A stretch of 64,000 nt of DNA from a virus (taxonomy: Duplodnaviria > Caudoviricetes): IMG/VR virus record IMGVR_UViG_3300036987_000310, positions 64,001 to 128,000 of that record. One strand, 5' to 3'. The notes below the pieces were generated by a model. It searched no databases, was not told where the DNA came from, and saw nothing but the letters and a program-made list of their open reading frames with translations. The translations under genes were made by a program, and so were the position numbers. Below are positions 46,255 through 54,334 of this stretch, in pieces (within the stretch, counting starts at the first letter, position 1; the number at the start of each line of letters is the position of its first letter).

Positions 46255-46390
46255 TGGGGGAGGGCGAAGGAGTCGAACCTTCTATGCTTGTTAGAATCGC
46301 TTGATGCTTTCGCACGGAAAGCGAGGGGCGAATCTGGAACGCAGTTGCGTCGGATTTACCGTCCGATTGGGCGCCGTGCCCAAGCCCTCC
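46255..46390 (-). ncRNA. tRNA-Tyr(GTA)-like RNA 6 with variable-loop module
   Basis: Acceptor GGAGGGC/GCCCTCC-C-CCA; anticodon TCGGA-CGGTAAA-TCCGA; insert GATTCGC-CCCTC-GCTTTC..GAAAGC-ATCAA-GCGATTC-TAACAAGC; T arm GAAGG-TTCGACT-CCTTC. Confidence 0.82.
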
Positions 46391-46398
46391 AAAACAAA

Positions 46399-46481
46399 AC
46401 GCTCGAGGTGAGATGCTTGGATTGACCCGCGCGCTTGGCGGGTCGAGCCTTCCAGCTTGTCAGCATCTCTGGATGAACGCT
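46399..46481 (-). ncRNA. Stand-alone module RNA (no tRNA parts)
   Basis: GCGTTC/GAGCGT outer stem; AGATGCT/AGCATCT inner stem; GACAAG, CACCTC; apical hairpin GACCCGC-CAAGC-GCGGGTC. Confidence 0.6.
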
Positions 46482-46484
46482 CAC

Positions 46485-46736
46485 TCATATTTTACATTTG
46501 AGACCACTGTCTGTCAATATCTGGCAAACATCTTCAACAAATCGACTACACGGCGTCAAAGCCACGGGCCCTGACACGATTTCAACGCTGCCGTCCGAGT
46601 GAACGGTCACATCCTCTAGATAACCTGGCAGTTTTTCCCACTTTTCACATCGAAGAGCGTCTCTCAAGCTGTCAGAACACTCCCAATCGCGTATTTGACT
46701 GTTGAGTGCCAAAATGACGAAAAGCACAACTTTCAT
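46485..46736 (-). CDS. Small hypothetical protein (possible signal peptide)
   Basis: MKVVLFVILAL...; ATGA-coupled. Confidence 0.45.
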   Translation of the reverse strand: MKVVLFVILALNSQIRDWECSDSLRDALRCEKWEKLPGYLEDVTVHSDGSVEIVSGPVALTPCSRFVEDVCQILTDSGLKCKI

Positions 46737-46984
46737 GAGTCTTGAACGTCCGAAATGTCAAGCAAAATTTTGGCGTTGTCCCTGAAATACTCTATGTCAG
46801 CCATCCTGGCTTCCAGCTCCCTCAACTGCCCCTCAATGGTGTCCACTTTTGCTCTCAGGACTTCAACCTCAGTGGTGTCAAATTTCGCCTCCATGGTTTC
46901 AAGAACTGGCGCAACAGATCTTTTAAACAATTTTATGGAACTGCGCGCTTGTTTGGAAGATGTTCGCTTCAACCGTTTCATCAC
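46733..46984 (-). CDS. Small coiled-coil protein
   Basis: VEVLRAKVDTIEGQLRELEARMADIE; coupled to the ThiF gene. Confidence 0.5.
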   Translation of the reverse strand: MMKRLKRTSSKQARSSIKLFKRSVAPVLETMEAKFDTTEVEVLRAKVDTIEGQLRELEARMADIEYFRDNAKILLDISDVQDS

Positions 46985-47553
46985 ACCCTCATGGCACCAG
47001 TGGGCGTGATTTGGAACCCGTGTTTTTCCCCGGAGTTTAGGAATTTTTGGGCTGCCGTGGCTATGTACGAAGCCACGGTTGCTATGAACGGAAGAAAGTC
47101 ACCATTCTCGCATGTTGCCCCTCCGGCTCCGTCTTCATCATCGATGACGAAATTTTCGCTCCAAATGACTCGCCCAAATTGTCCCCCGGCCGCCAACGTT
47201 CCGTGCAAACATGGAACGTTGGACTTGGAGAAGTTTTGAACGATTCTTCTGGCCTCTCCGTTGTCCAAACAGTCGATGATCAAGTCAGCGCCAGCCAACA
47301 GCTGGTCGTCGTTTTCCGACGACAGCTTGTGCGGAATGGACCCGATTTTGATTGCAAACAGAAACTGCATGAGCTGTTGAAGCGCAACAGTCTTGTTCTT
47401 CCCCACGGCATTTTGCGCATGGAACTGGGATGCTACGTTCTTGCGCTCGATTCTGTCGAAATCGATGACGTTGATTGTCGCTTCGCAGTTTCGGAGAAAA
47501 AGGGCCACGTGAGACCCGAGCGCTCCTACTCCGACGATTGTCACCTTCTTCAT
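46981..47553 (-). CDS. E1-like ThiF/MoeB adenylyltransferase
   Basis: VTIVGVGALGS, IDFDRIERKNVASQ, GKNK, IIDCLDNGEAR; candidate catalytic Cys in GGATCE; no CxxC Zn motifs. Confidence 0.9.
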   Translation of the reverse strand: MKKVTIVGVGALGSHVALFLRNCEATINVIDFDRIERKNVASQFHAQNAVGKNKTVALQQLMQFLFAIKIGSIPHKLSSENDDQLLAGADLIIDCLDNGEARRIVQNFSKSNVPCLHGTLAAGGQFGRVIWSENFVIDDEDGAGGATCENGDFLPFIATVASYIATAAQKFLNSGEKHGFQITPTGAMRV

Positions 47554-47561
47554 GTCATCCG

Positions 47562-47906
47562 TTACTTTTCGAGTTTGTCCATTTCCGCAGCATTCAAGAA
47601 GTCTTCGACGTCAGAAACCCCGTATTTGTCCTGCAAGACCGAGAGAATCCCAGCGTGCCGCATCTTTGCCTGTTCGAGCCGATCGTTTGCCGTGTCTTTT
47701 GTGATGAGCCCTGATGCCAAAGCATTGAATATGATAGACTTTTCGACCGTTTCATGCGCCTCAAGCTGTTGAAGAACAGCCTGTTCCGGCGTCAGGCTTG
47801 TGTCGGACTCGAACTTCATGCTCAAGAACTCGGATTGTTTTTCTCCGTTTCTGTTGACTTCCATGATTTTTGAAATTGAGAAGCTTTTAACAACTAGGGC
47901 CATCAC
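47562..47906 (-). CDS. Hypothetical protein
   Basis: 114 aa with strong SD GGAGGAG. Confidence 0.55.
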   Translation of the reverse strand: MMALVVKSFSISKIMEVNRNGEKQSEFLSMKFESDTSLTPEQAVLQQLEAHETVEKSIIFNALASGLITKDTANDRLEQAKMRHAGILSVLQDKYGVSDVEDFLNAAEMDKLEK

Positions 47907-48030
47907 TCCTCCTGAATTCCATGCCGCCCGTTTCTTCCCGTCTCAGAAAAACGTTCTCTAGAATTACATCTAGAATGTAGCGTGGTAGATCGTCAGTTAG
48001 TGGAGTTTGCAACTATCAAGCTTTGACCAG

Positions 48031-48246
48031 TTATTCTCCATGAACGGACTCCACGATTCTTGCAGTGGCTTCAGCAGCTTGGCCGTCGCTCCACCAGCCG
48101 TGACCATCAAAGTGCATGCCGCAATGATCGCGCTTCATCACGCACTTTCCACAGCCTTCCCACGGACCACAAACCTCACACCGTTCTTTTATTGGCAAAC
48201 ATGGAGTCGGGTCTGACGGGCGGTTTATCAAGTCCATCGTGGACAT
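48031..48246 (-). CDS. Small Cys/His-rich protein with tag-like C-terminus (VESVHGE)
   Basis: CEVCG...CGKC...HCGMH. Confidence 0.5.
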   Translation of the reverse strand: MSTMDLINRPSDPTPCLPIKERCEVCGPWEGCGKCVMKRDHCGMHFDGHGWWSDGQAAEATARIVESVHGE

Positions 48247-48255
48247 GCGACATGA

Positions 48256-48531
48256 TCACAAAATGCCGAATGGTGTCTTGGGGCGGCACTGTATGAGAGC
48301 CCAAGGACGCGTTTCATTGGGCTCAAACCTGTCCACTACGAAGTCTGTGAAATCCGCGCCCGGATCGGCAGAGATTCCCGGGACAGTTCCTGTTCGAACA
48401 GCTTCAGTAACCCATCGTTTGATGTCGACGTCCGCCGCATCCCGATTCACCGTGTCAGACAAGTCTCCATTCTGACCATTCCAAGTAACATTTACGCGTG
48501 CTTCTCCGATTTGAACGATTTCGTCTGCCAT
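48256..48531 (-). CDS. Ubiquitin-like (beta-grasp) protein with C-terminal PFG-IL
   Basis: Strand-strand-helix-strand-strand pattern (RVNVTW, QNGDL, DIKRWVTEAV, FVVDRF, LIQCRPK); DNA reads CCA TTC GGC ATT TTG TGA; lies between the E1 and JAB genes. Confidence 0.7.
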   Translation of the reverse strand: MADEIVQIGEARVNVTWNGQNGDLSDTVNRDAADVDIKRWVTEAVRTGTVPGISADPGADFTDFVVDRFEPNETRPWALIQCRPKTPFGIL

Positions 48532-48545
48532 TTGCGTCTCCTAAT

Positions 48546-48881
48546 TCAGGTTCTTTTGTTCTTGAACATCACCACTACTTCTTGAGCAAATCTTTCAGAG
48601 CTGAAGTCCGACAGCACTTCGCTCAATGCACGAAGAAATGCGACAATGTTGCGTTTTTCTTCCAAATCTCGTCTGGCGCGCTCTACTTTTTCAGCCCTGG
48701 TGTCGTTCAGGGTTCGGTAGTCGAAGAAAACTTCTTTGGCGAAGTGTTCGTGCCTAAGAATCTCATTTTCGGTATCCTTGACGGAGTTTTGAAAATGATC
48801 TAGCGCTGCGTTGACTATCCACTGAAAATGATGGTCTTGAAGTTTTGCCGCGATGCTTTTCAGATTTCCGAACTTATCCAT
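48546..48881 (-). CDS. Helical hypothetical protein
   Basis: 111 aa; TAAACT-N5-ATG upstream. Confidence 0.55.
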   Translation of the reverse strand: MDKFGNLKSIAAKLQDHHFQWIVNAALDHFQNSVKDTENEILRHEHFAKEVFFDYRTLNDTRAEKVERARRDLEEKRNIVAFLRALSEVLSDFSSERFAQEVVVMFKNKRT

Positions 48882-48889
48882 GCAACAGT

Positions 48890-49282
48890 TTACACGCGGG
48901 GCGGCCGAATTTCCGACAGCTCTCGAAGCTTATTGACCCAGTCAAACCCGAGGTTTGTCTTTTCTGCCGCCCCTTTATAGTCAAGCTTTTCCGGACCAGT
49001 CCACACTATGGTTGCCGCCATGTCGCTGGTGAAAATCCACCACACCAGTCTCTTCCCTAAAGCCGCTTCGATCGCGGCGAACGTGGTCAAATCAGTGTGA
49101 GACGGTTGTGGGACTCCAGAGCCCGGGTGGGTGTGTGCGAATCCAGCGACGGCGTCGCGGTTTCCCCAGATGACGTCCCACAAGCTTCTGCTGTCTGGCA
49201 AAGCGCCAACGTTCCTGTCGTTCGGAGCATGCCAGTACATGACTTTCCCGTCGTTGTTTACGACAGCCCCCGCTTCTTTCAT
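48890..49282 (-). CDS. JAB/MPN+ metallo-isopeptidase
   Basis: KEAGAVV (N-terminal Glu), GFAHTHPGSGVPQPSHTDL = HxH-x7-S-x2-D. Confidence 0.85.
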   Translation of the reverse strand: MKEAGAVVNNDGKVMYWHAPNDRNVGALPDSRSLWDVIWGNRDAVAGFAHTHPGSGVPQPSHTDLTTFAAIEAALGKRLVWWIFTSDMAATIVWTGPEKLDYKGAAEKTNLGFDWVNKLRELSEIRPPRV

Positions 49283-49701
49283 GACATCTCCATTCGCACT
49301 TGCATCAACAACTTCCCAAGCATGTTTTTTCCTTTGCCTGTCTTGGAGTCAACCCCCCAAAATTTGTCCCCCCATGAGTTTCCTTCAACAAGCTCGACGT
49401 CGCCTGTGTCAAGAAGCTGCTGACGAAGACCAGGGTCTGAGAATTTTTCTCGCAAAAGATCCAACATGACTCTGATTTTTACGTTCTCCCAATCTTTCCT
49501 GAGAGTCGCTCCTCGTCCGAGTTTTTTAGCTTCGCCTGCCGTTTTAGCCATCCTGATCTTTGACCGTTCGACAGGGCTGAGCGTTTTTGCTGCTTGGTAT
49601 GCATGCTCCACAGTTCGAAATGAGACGCCATCGTAAAAAACTCGACTGTCGTAAAAATTTGACAAAAACGCATGCTCGTTGAAAAACTTGTCGATTTTCA
49701 T
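49279..49701 (-). CDS. NADAR (YbiA-like) hydrolase
   Basis: FLSNFY, TVEHAYQAAK, AKKLGR, DWENVKIRVM...KF, LVEGNSWGDKFWG, GKNMLGKLLMQVR. Confidence 0.92.
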   Translation of the reverse strand: MKIDKFFNEHAFLSNFYDSRVFYDGVSFRTVEHAYQAAKTLSPVERSKIRMAKTAGEAKKLGRGATLRKDWENVKIRVMLDLLREKFSDPGLRQQLLDTGDVELVEGNSWGDKFWGVDSKTGKGKNMLGKLLMQVRMEMS

Positions 49702-49889
49702 TGGCTCATGACTTCCATGACTGGATGACGACTAATGCACACCCAACAAACGCGTTGCCCATCAATATTTCCGCTCTGGACTCTTCCAGAGTGCATATGA
49801 CTTTTCGGAAGCCACCACATGCGAATCTTCTTACACCTAGGGCATCTTTTGTGCCTCGGACGCTTTCTGTTCTTCGCTCGCTTCTTCAT
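49698..49889 (-). CDS. Basic Zn-finger protein with C-terminal tag (VMEVMSQ)
   Basis: CPRC...CWVC. Confidence 0.55.
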   Translation of the reverse strand: MKKRAKNRKRPRHKRCPRCKKIRMWWLPKSHMHSGRVQSGNIDGQRVCWVCISRHPVMEVMSQ

Positions 49890-49895
49890 CTGCGC

Positions 49896-50168
49896 TTACT
49901 TATCTTCTGGTTCATTCATGGGCACATATGGCTCGTATCCTTCTCGCCTGTTGTGCTCCTGCATGGCTTCCACCCAAGAGCCTGCCTCAAATTCATATAG
50001 CAGTTCTGACTCCGGACTCATGAAGCCCTGTTCAATCATCTTTTTAGCGTTTTCCTCGGTCGTGAGCTGGACGCCGCCTTCCTCCCCGTCCAAAGCATAG
50101 ATAAAGTTGTGGCAGACGAACTTGACTAGCCCTTTGGCGTTGTGCGGCCAGTATGGGACGTCGGACAT
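49896..50168 (-). CDS. Acidic hypothetical protein
   Basis: 90-aa ORF in a coupled run. Confidence 0.5.
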   Translation of the reverse strand: MSDVPYWPHNAKGLVKFVCHNFIYALDGEEGGVQLTTEENAKKMIEQGFMSPESELLYEFEAGSWVEAMQEHNRREGYEPYVPMNEPEDK

Positions 50169-50234
50169 TGCTTTAGCTTTCTTTACATGTCGACATGTTC
50201 ATTTCGCCGACGCTACAAACATCGTTAAGTTGGT

Positions 50235-50540
50235 TCATGACGACTGCACCTCGTCGACTACAATTAGATTCATGGCGTCTTTAACCGACACCTCGACAAG
50301 AGCTTTCCAGATTGTTGCATTAATCACCACGCGTGTTTTATGCTCTTCGCACCGAAACACGGTTAGCGTGCCTCCGGGGCGAAGAAAAGCACGCGTTGCT
50401 GGTTTTCCGCACTTAACGCCAGCGCGCGATCCGCTTTTTTTGTGCGGAAAATGGCCACAAACCGGCAATTTCACCGCCCTATGACTTTTACGACCTGTCA
50501 CTCGACTTCCTCGAATGCTCCTAAAGCGTTCCTTTTCCAT
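50235..50540 (-). CDS. Cys/His protein with C-terminal tag (VDEVQSS)
   Basis: VCGH...KCGKPA...RCEEH. Confidence 0.5.
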   Translation of the reverse strand: MEKERFRSIRGSRVTGRKSHRAVKLPVCGHFPHKKSGSRAGVKCGKPATRAFLRPGGTLTVFRCEEHKTRVVINATIWKALVEVSVKDAMNLIVVDEVQSS

Positions 50541-50725
50541 TCGCGGCCTAAATCTTTAGATACGATTCTCACTATATCTTTGTGGTCGTGTTCTATATCC
50601 GAAAGCCAAACATCAACCTGGTATTCGGAATCGACGCGAACGCTTCCGGCGTGGGTGGGGCCGCCCGGCCCGTGCTTTTCGCCTGGCCCGGCCGGGGTGT
50701 CGTCATGGAGCTCAAGTTCGATCAT
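50498..50725 (-). CDS. Small acidic hypothetical protein
   Basis: 75-aa ORF. Confidence 0.4.
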   Translation of the reverse strand: MIELELHDDTPAGPGEKHGPGGPTHAGSVRVDSEYQVDVWLSDIEHDHKDIVRIVSKDLGREWKRNALGAFEEVE

Positions 50726-50918
50726 TGGATTTCGCTTTCAACCAACTTTCAGCTTCGTCGCCGATTCCTTGTTTTCTCGCCCATTCTTTTAAACTTTGAT
50801 CGGTTCCAGACTTCTTCCAACGTCGAACCATGCTGCGCCGCGCCTTTTTCCCGATGCCCTTATACCCTTCATTCATTGCGCCCTCACACGGGTGGTTGCC
50901 AGCAAAAGTGCTGGCCGA

Positions 50919-51167
50919 TCATGACCTCGAAGAGTGTGGACCGTGAACTGCGGAGTTCACGACTTCACCTCCGCTGCTGAATGGCGTCGAGTTATACCTG
51001 ACAACGCCGTTTGCATCTGAGAATTTGTGAACGGTGAACGAGCTCGTGTTTTCCAGAGCTTCTTTCACCTTGTCCACTGTGGACCCGATTTCGCCGGATA
51101 TCTCTTCAAGAGTCCCAGCGCCGTGGAAACAAAAATGTTTGCGCAGTTTAATTTCCAAGTCTTTCAT
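50919..51167 (-). CDS. Small HTH-like protein
   Basis: GTLEEISGEIGSTVDKVKEALE resembles an HTH. Confidence 0.45.
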   Translation of the reverse strand: MKDLEIKLRKHFCFHGAGTLEEISGEIGSTVDKVKEALENTSSFTVHKFSDANGVVRYNSTPFSSGGEVVNSAVHGPHSSRS

Positions 51168-51168
51168 T

Positions 51169-51471
51169 TCAACAGTCCTTTGGAAGCCTGTTTAAAATCT
51201 CATCCAGAGAGCGGTTTAGCTCTTGGACCCTGTCTTCCAAGGTCTCGTTCAAAAGATGTTGCTCAATCGCCCCAGCCACAGCTGGCTTTTCACATATTTT
51301 TTCAAATCTTTCAAAGTCTGCAATAATGTTTTTGAAAAGATTTGAAACTGCAGTGTTTCGGGCTTTCCCTTGCAACTTTTTCAGACCTTCAAATTCGGAT
51401 CGATACTGACTAGAATTTTTCCAAGTTATGCTTTCGTTGACGTCTTTAATCCACATGGCGATACACCACAA
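51169..51471 (-). CDS. Coiled-coil hypothetical protein
   Basis: 100 aa; LEDRVQELNRSLDEIL. Confidence 0.45.
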   Translation of the reverse strand: MWCIAMWIKDVNESITWKNSSQYRSEFEGLKKLQGKARNTAVSNLFKNIIADFERFEKICEKPAVAGAIEQHLLNETLEDRVQELNRSLDEILNRLPKDC

Positions 51472-52387
51472 GCTTTCCGAGCTTCTCAGCTTCTCGAATC
51501 ACAGCCGGCAAAGACTCTAGCGTGAAGTACGTGTCCCCTCGCTCGTTAGTGTCATGATCTGTTAAGCAAATGCCGGCATCGACTATTTGCAAAGTCATGG
51601 CATCGCAGGTGCACTCAAATCGACGCCGATCCAAGCGAAACTTCACTACCATTTCAGCTCGGTGAATCGCCCGCCTATGATCAAGGTATATAGCACCACC
51701 AACGGCCAGAGCGGCTCTTGCCGCCTCTCCGAAATCGTGCTGGGCCATTTGGCGCCTTCCAACCCCATCCCCGAGTTTTTCGATGAGCTGCAATCGGCGT
51801 TCTTCCAAACGTCGACGCTCTTCTTCTTCCAAACGCCTACGCTCTGCCTCAACCCGCCTACGCTCTGCCTCAACCCGCTGCCACGTTTCCATTCGAAACG
51901 CTGCGTCTAAAGCAGGAGCCACGCCCGGAACGTCATCGACTGACAACTTCTCGTCCAGGTATGCTTGGAGCACGTCGTCCTCGGGTCCGAGGGGCATCTC
52001 CTGACACTTGTACACCAGAGGCCCGCCCTCATGGGTTCGACCTGACGAAATGCGAACGAAGCGGTCAAGGCCTGGCTCTATGAGCCAGACGCGCTCCGAG
52101 TGACTAGTTATTTTGGCCGGGTCGGAATCGACTCTCGCGTCATCTGCCACAAGCCGGTCTCCAACCAGATACCCGCAAACAAGATATTTCAGAAGATCCG
52201 GAACCGGATCTGTTTGCGCAAACAGCTTAGCTTTCCTTCCAGAAATCGAAAAAATGTTCCACCCGTGCTCTTCCGGAAGCTTCCCGTCCAGGGACCAAGC
52301 TCGAGGCCCTGATCGCAGAGACCTACCTCCAATCCAAGGGAGTGTTATGGTTTCATCTCCTGACTGAAGAAGGTCGCGCCAGCCCAT
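51446..52387 (-). CDS. Putative E2 (UBC-like) domain protein with N-terminal domain and charged coiled-coil linker
   Basis: C-terminal strands then LQIVDAGICLT (cf. E2 active site GxICL) then helix FTLESLPAVIREA; ERR-rich linker with a 21-bp tandem duplication at 51834-51875. Confidence 0.5.
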   Translation of the reverse strand: MGWRDLLQSGDETITLPWIGGRSLRSGPRAWSLDGKLPEEHGWNIFSISGRKAKLFAQTDPVPDLLKYLVCGYLVGDRLVADDARVDSDPAKITSHSERVWLIEPGLDRFVRISSGRTHEGGPLVYKCQEMPLGPEDDVLQAYLDEKLSVDDVPGVAPALDAAFRMETWQRVEAERRRVEAERRRLEEEERRRLEERRLQLIEKLGDGVGRRQMAQHDFGEAARAALAVGGAIYLDHRRAIHRAEMVVKFRLDRRRFECTCDAMTLQIVDAGICLTDHDTNERGDTYFTLESLPAVIREAEKLGKLVVYRHVD

Positions 52388-52422
52388 GTTGTTGGTTACA
52401 TCAACAACATAGCGATTTACGG

Positions 52423-52902
52423 CTATGAGTTCATTATGTCCGGGACAAGCTTTTCTCGTTCAATTAACCCCTCGCATCTGTTTGCTGGATCGGGAAACAG
52501 CGGAGTACACCCGAGCCCTGTGTACTCATGGAAGCAAACCATGACTTTCGGCAATGCGGAGTACGTAACTTTCAAACCGTTTCCACCGTTTGCTTTTAAG
52601 TTTGGATGAGTGCACTGAGTCCCTTCGCGATTCATGCAGTTTCCGCACAAAAGCATGAATTTCCCGGGGCCGCCGCGCCCCCACGGGATTTCTCTGTACA
52701 ATCTCTCATGATCGTTTATGACTTTCTCACATGCCTTGCTTCTGCAGGTCACGAGAATCTTTTCGGGGTCGATGCTGTCATCTTCTCTGCATTCCCACCA
52801 CATAGTGAACTCGCAAATGTCATCTTTTTCAAATCCGCACAGCTGACATCGTTTAAAAACGCTTAGCGGAAGCGCGCCATCGGACAGACTTTCCATCACC
52901 AC
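52423..52902 (-). CDS. Cys-rich protein with C-terminal tag (VPDIMNS)
   Basis: CQLCG, CRSKAC, LCGNC, CTH. Confidence 0.6.
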   Translation of the reverse strand: MVMESLSDGALPLSVFKRCQLCGFEKDDICEFTMWWECREDDSIDPEKILVTCRSKACEKVINDHERLYREIPWGRGGPGKFMLLCGNCMNREGTQCTHPNLKANGGNGLKVTYSALPKVMVCFHEYTGLGCTPLFPDPANRCEGLIEREKLVPDIMNS

Positions 52903-52948
52903 TCCTTTTCACATATCCGTCGAGCAATGACATTGGCGAACCTTCGGG

Positions 52949-53401
52949 TCATTTGTGGCAACAAAAACCTTTATCGTCGCCATAGTGCCCACAATGCCGC
53001 AAAGTTGTGCACACTACCCACACCTGACGAACAACCTGATACTTCTTGTTCGTCACATCGATCAAACACGGAACTTCGTCAGCCGTTAAGTTACCGCGGC
53101 AGTCCACATTCGCTCCGTAGATATGCCCTTCGTTGCCGCTGGCCATCCACAGCACTCGGTGCGCGTAATCGTAAGCATTGTCGACGCTCCAATACATGCA
53201 CACGGGATCGCCAGGAGCCCATCGGGTCATTCTATCGAGGCGCTCACCTTGACTGTTTAGACCGACTCCGCACGACATCGGGTCGACAATCGTGGACACG
53301 GCGTCCATCAGTTGGTCTTGGTTTTCTCCAAACCCGAACAAAATCAAGACGGATGCCCAAAACATCACGCTCGCCCCCGATTTTCTTCTGATTCTAACCA
53401 T
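52949..53401 (-). CDS. Exported/membrane Cys-rich hypothetical protein
   Basis: N-terminal hydrophobic segment VMFWASVLILFGF; 150 aa. Confidence 0.4.
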   Translation of the reverse strand: MVRIRRKSGASVMFWASVLILFGFGENQDQLMDAVSTIVDPMSCGVGLNSQGERLDRMTRWAPGDPVCMYWSVDNAYDYAHRVLWMASGNEGHIYGANVDCRGNLTADEVPCLIDVTNKKYQVVRQVWVVCTTLRHCGHYGDDKGFCCHK

Positions 53402-54330
53402 TCTTCAGAGCTTGCCTGTCGGGAATCGTCGTCCACAGCTTTCAAAACTTCCATCGGGTCTATCTCGTCCAGCATCTTCACCCGAACTTTTTTCCTCGTC
53501 TCGTTCAAAACTTTGGTGGACGGGCAAAAGCAATCGTCGAGCTTTTTCTTAGCCGAGACAATTGCTTGAACGCTTTCCGACATTTCTGTCGTCGATTTGG
53601 CAGTCGGAACCACAGCCATTCTCACCCGCCTTGCGTCGTCTGTTAGCTTGAGATAGTCGGAGCTCACTTTTTCCATACTCCGGTTTTCTTCGGTGAGAAA
53701 ATCTCTCGTGTTTACATAAACTATCGAGAACCATGCGGCGATGATGACAATGGATGCCAAAACTCCCCAAAAGAACATGGAGCCATGGCTCCATCCGATG
53801 GACAAAAGATACAAAGCTGTTGGCAATAAGCCCAACCACGAGATTGTCATGATGCCGCCTCTGGCATACTTGTTTATCGAGCGTCGATCTTTGAGCTTGT
53901 CGCTAAGCTCTGACGCGGTTTCCGCCAGAGCTCCAGTTTCGGACTCCAACTCTCTCAGATATGCGACGTATGCCAGTTTGCGCTCTCTGTTGGGCTTTTC
54001 AGCGTTCAATTTTTCCAATGCTTCCGCCTGGCATTTTTTGCCGAGCTCTTCTTCCACCTCTTTCCTTATTTGCGGTTTTAGTTCTTTTCTTACCTCTGGG
54101 ATAACTTCTTCCTTAACAGAAGCTTTCAACCCTTCGGAAACGATTGCAAGAAACCTCTTGTCTTCCCTTAGGTTTTTTTCGATCACAGCCCTCAAACGGT
54201 TTTGTTCTACGAGGCTGCTTCTGAGCTGAACATAGTCGCTGCGAGTCAGCTTATACTTTTTAGCTTCTTCAAGTTCACGAACAGTGAGCTGCTGGATTTC
54301 GTTATTGATTTGCGATCCGTTCAGTGCCAT
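53365..54330 (-). CDS. Two-TM membrane protein with N-terminal coiled coil
   Basis: TM1 GIMTISWLGLLPTALYLLSI, TM2 FFWGVLASIVIIAAWFSIVYV, followed by a helical cytoplasmic tail. Confidence 0.65.
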   Translation of the reverse strand: MALNGSQINNEIQQLTVRELEEAKKYKLTRSDYVQLRSSLVEQNRLRAVIEKNLREDKRFLAIVSEGLKASVKEEVIPEVRKELKPQIRKEVEEELGKKCQAEALEKLNAEKPNRERKLAYVAYLRELESETGALAETASELSDKLKDRRSINKYARGGIMTISWLGLLPTALYLLSIGWSHGSMFFWGVLASIVIIAAWFSIVYVNTRDFLTEENRSMEKVSSDYLKLTDDARRVRMAVVPTAKSTTEMSESVQAIVSAKKKLDDCFCPSTKVLNETRKKVRVKMLDEIDPMEVLKAVDDDSRQASSEEWLESEENRGRA

Positions 54331-54334
54331 GGCT

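Noticed and set aside
45147-46488. Short ORFs listed across the RNA array
   Set aside because: They overlap well-formed tRNA/ncRNA structures and have no protein features.
46981-48531. Simple ThiF/ThiS or MoeB/MoaD cofactor biosynthesis
   Set aside because: No thiG, moaE, rhodanese, cysteine desulfurase or TtuA gene is in the window. The JAB, candidate E1 Cys and E2-like gene fit conjugation better, though a sulfur relay is not fully excluded.
49698-50240. C-terminal tag explained solely by overlapping Shine-Dalgarno + ATGA coupling
   Set aside because: Plausible for 49698 and 50235 (GGAAG or GAGGTG before ATGA). It cannot explain copies followed by a convergent gene (16131), a tRNA (62421) or a spacer (52423, 42787).
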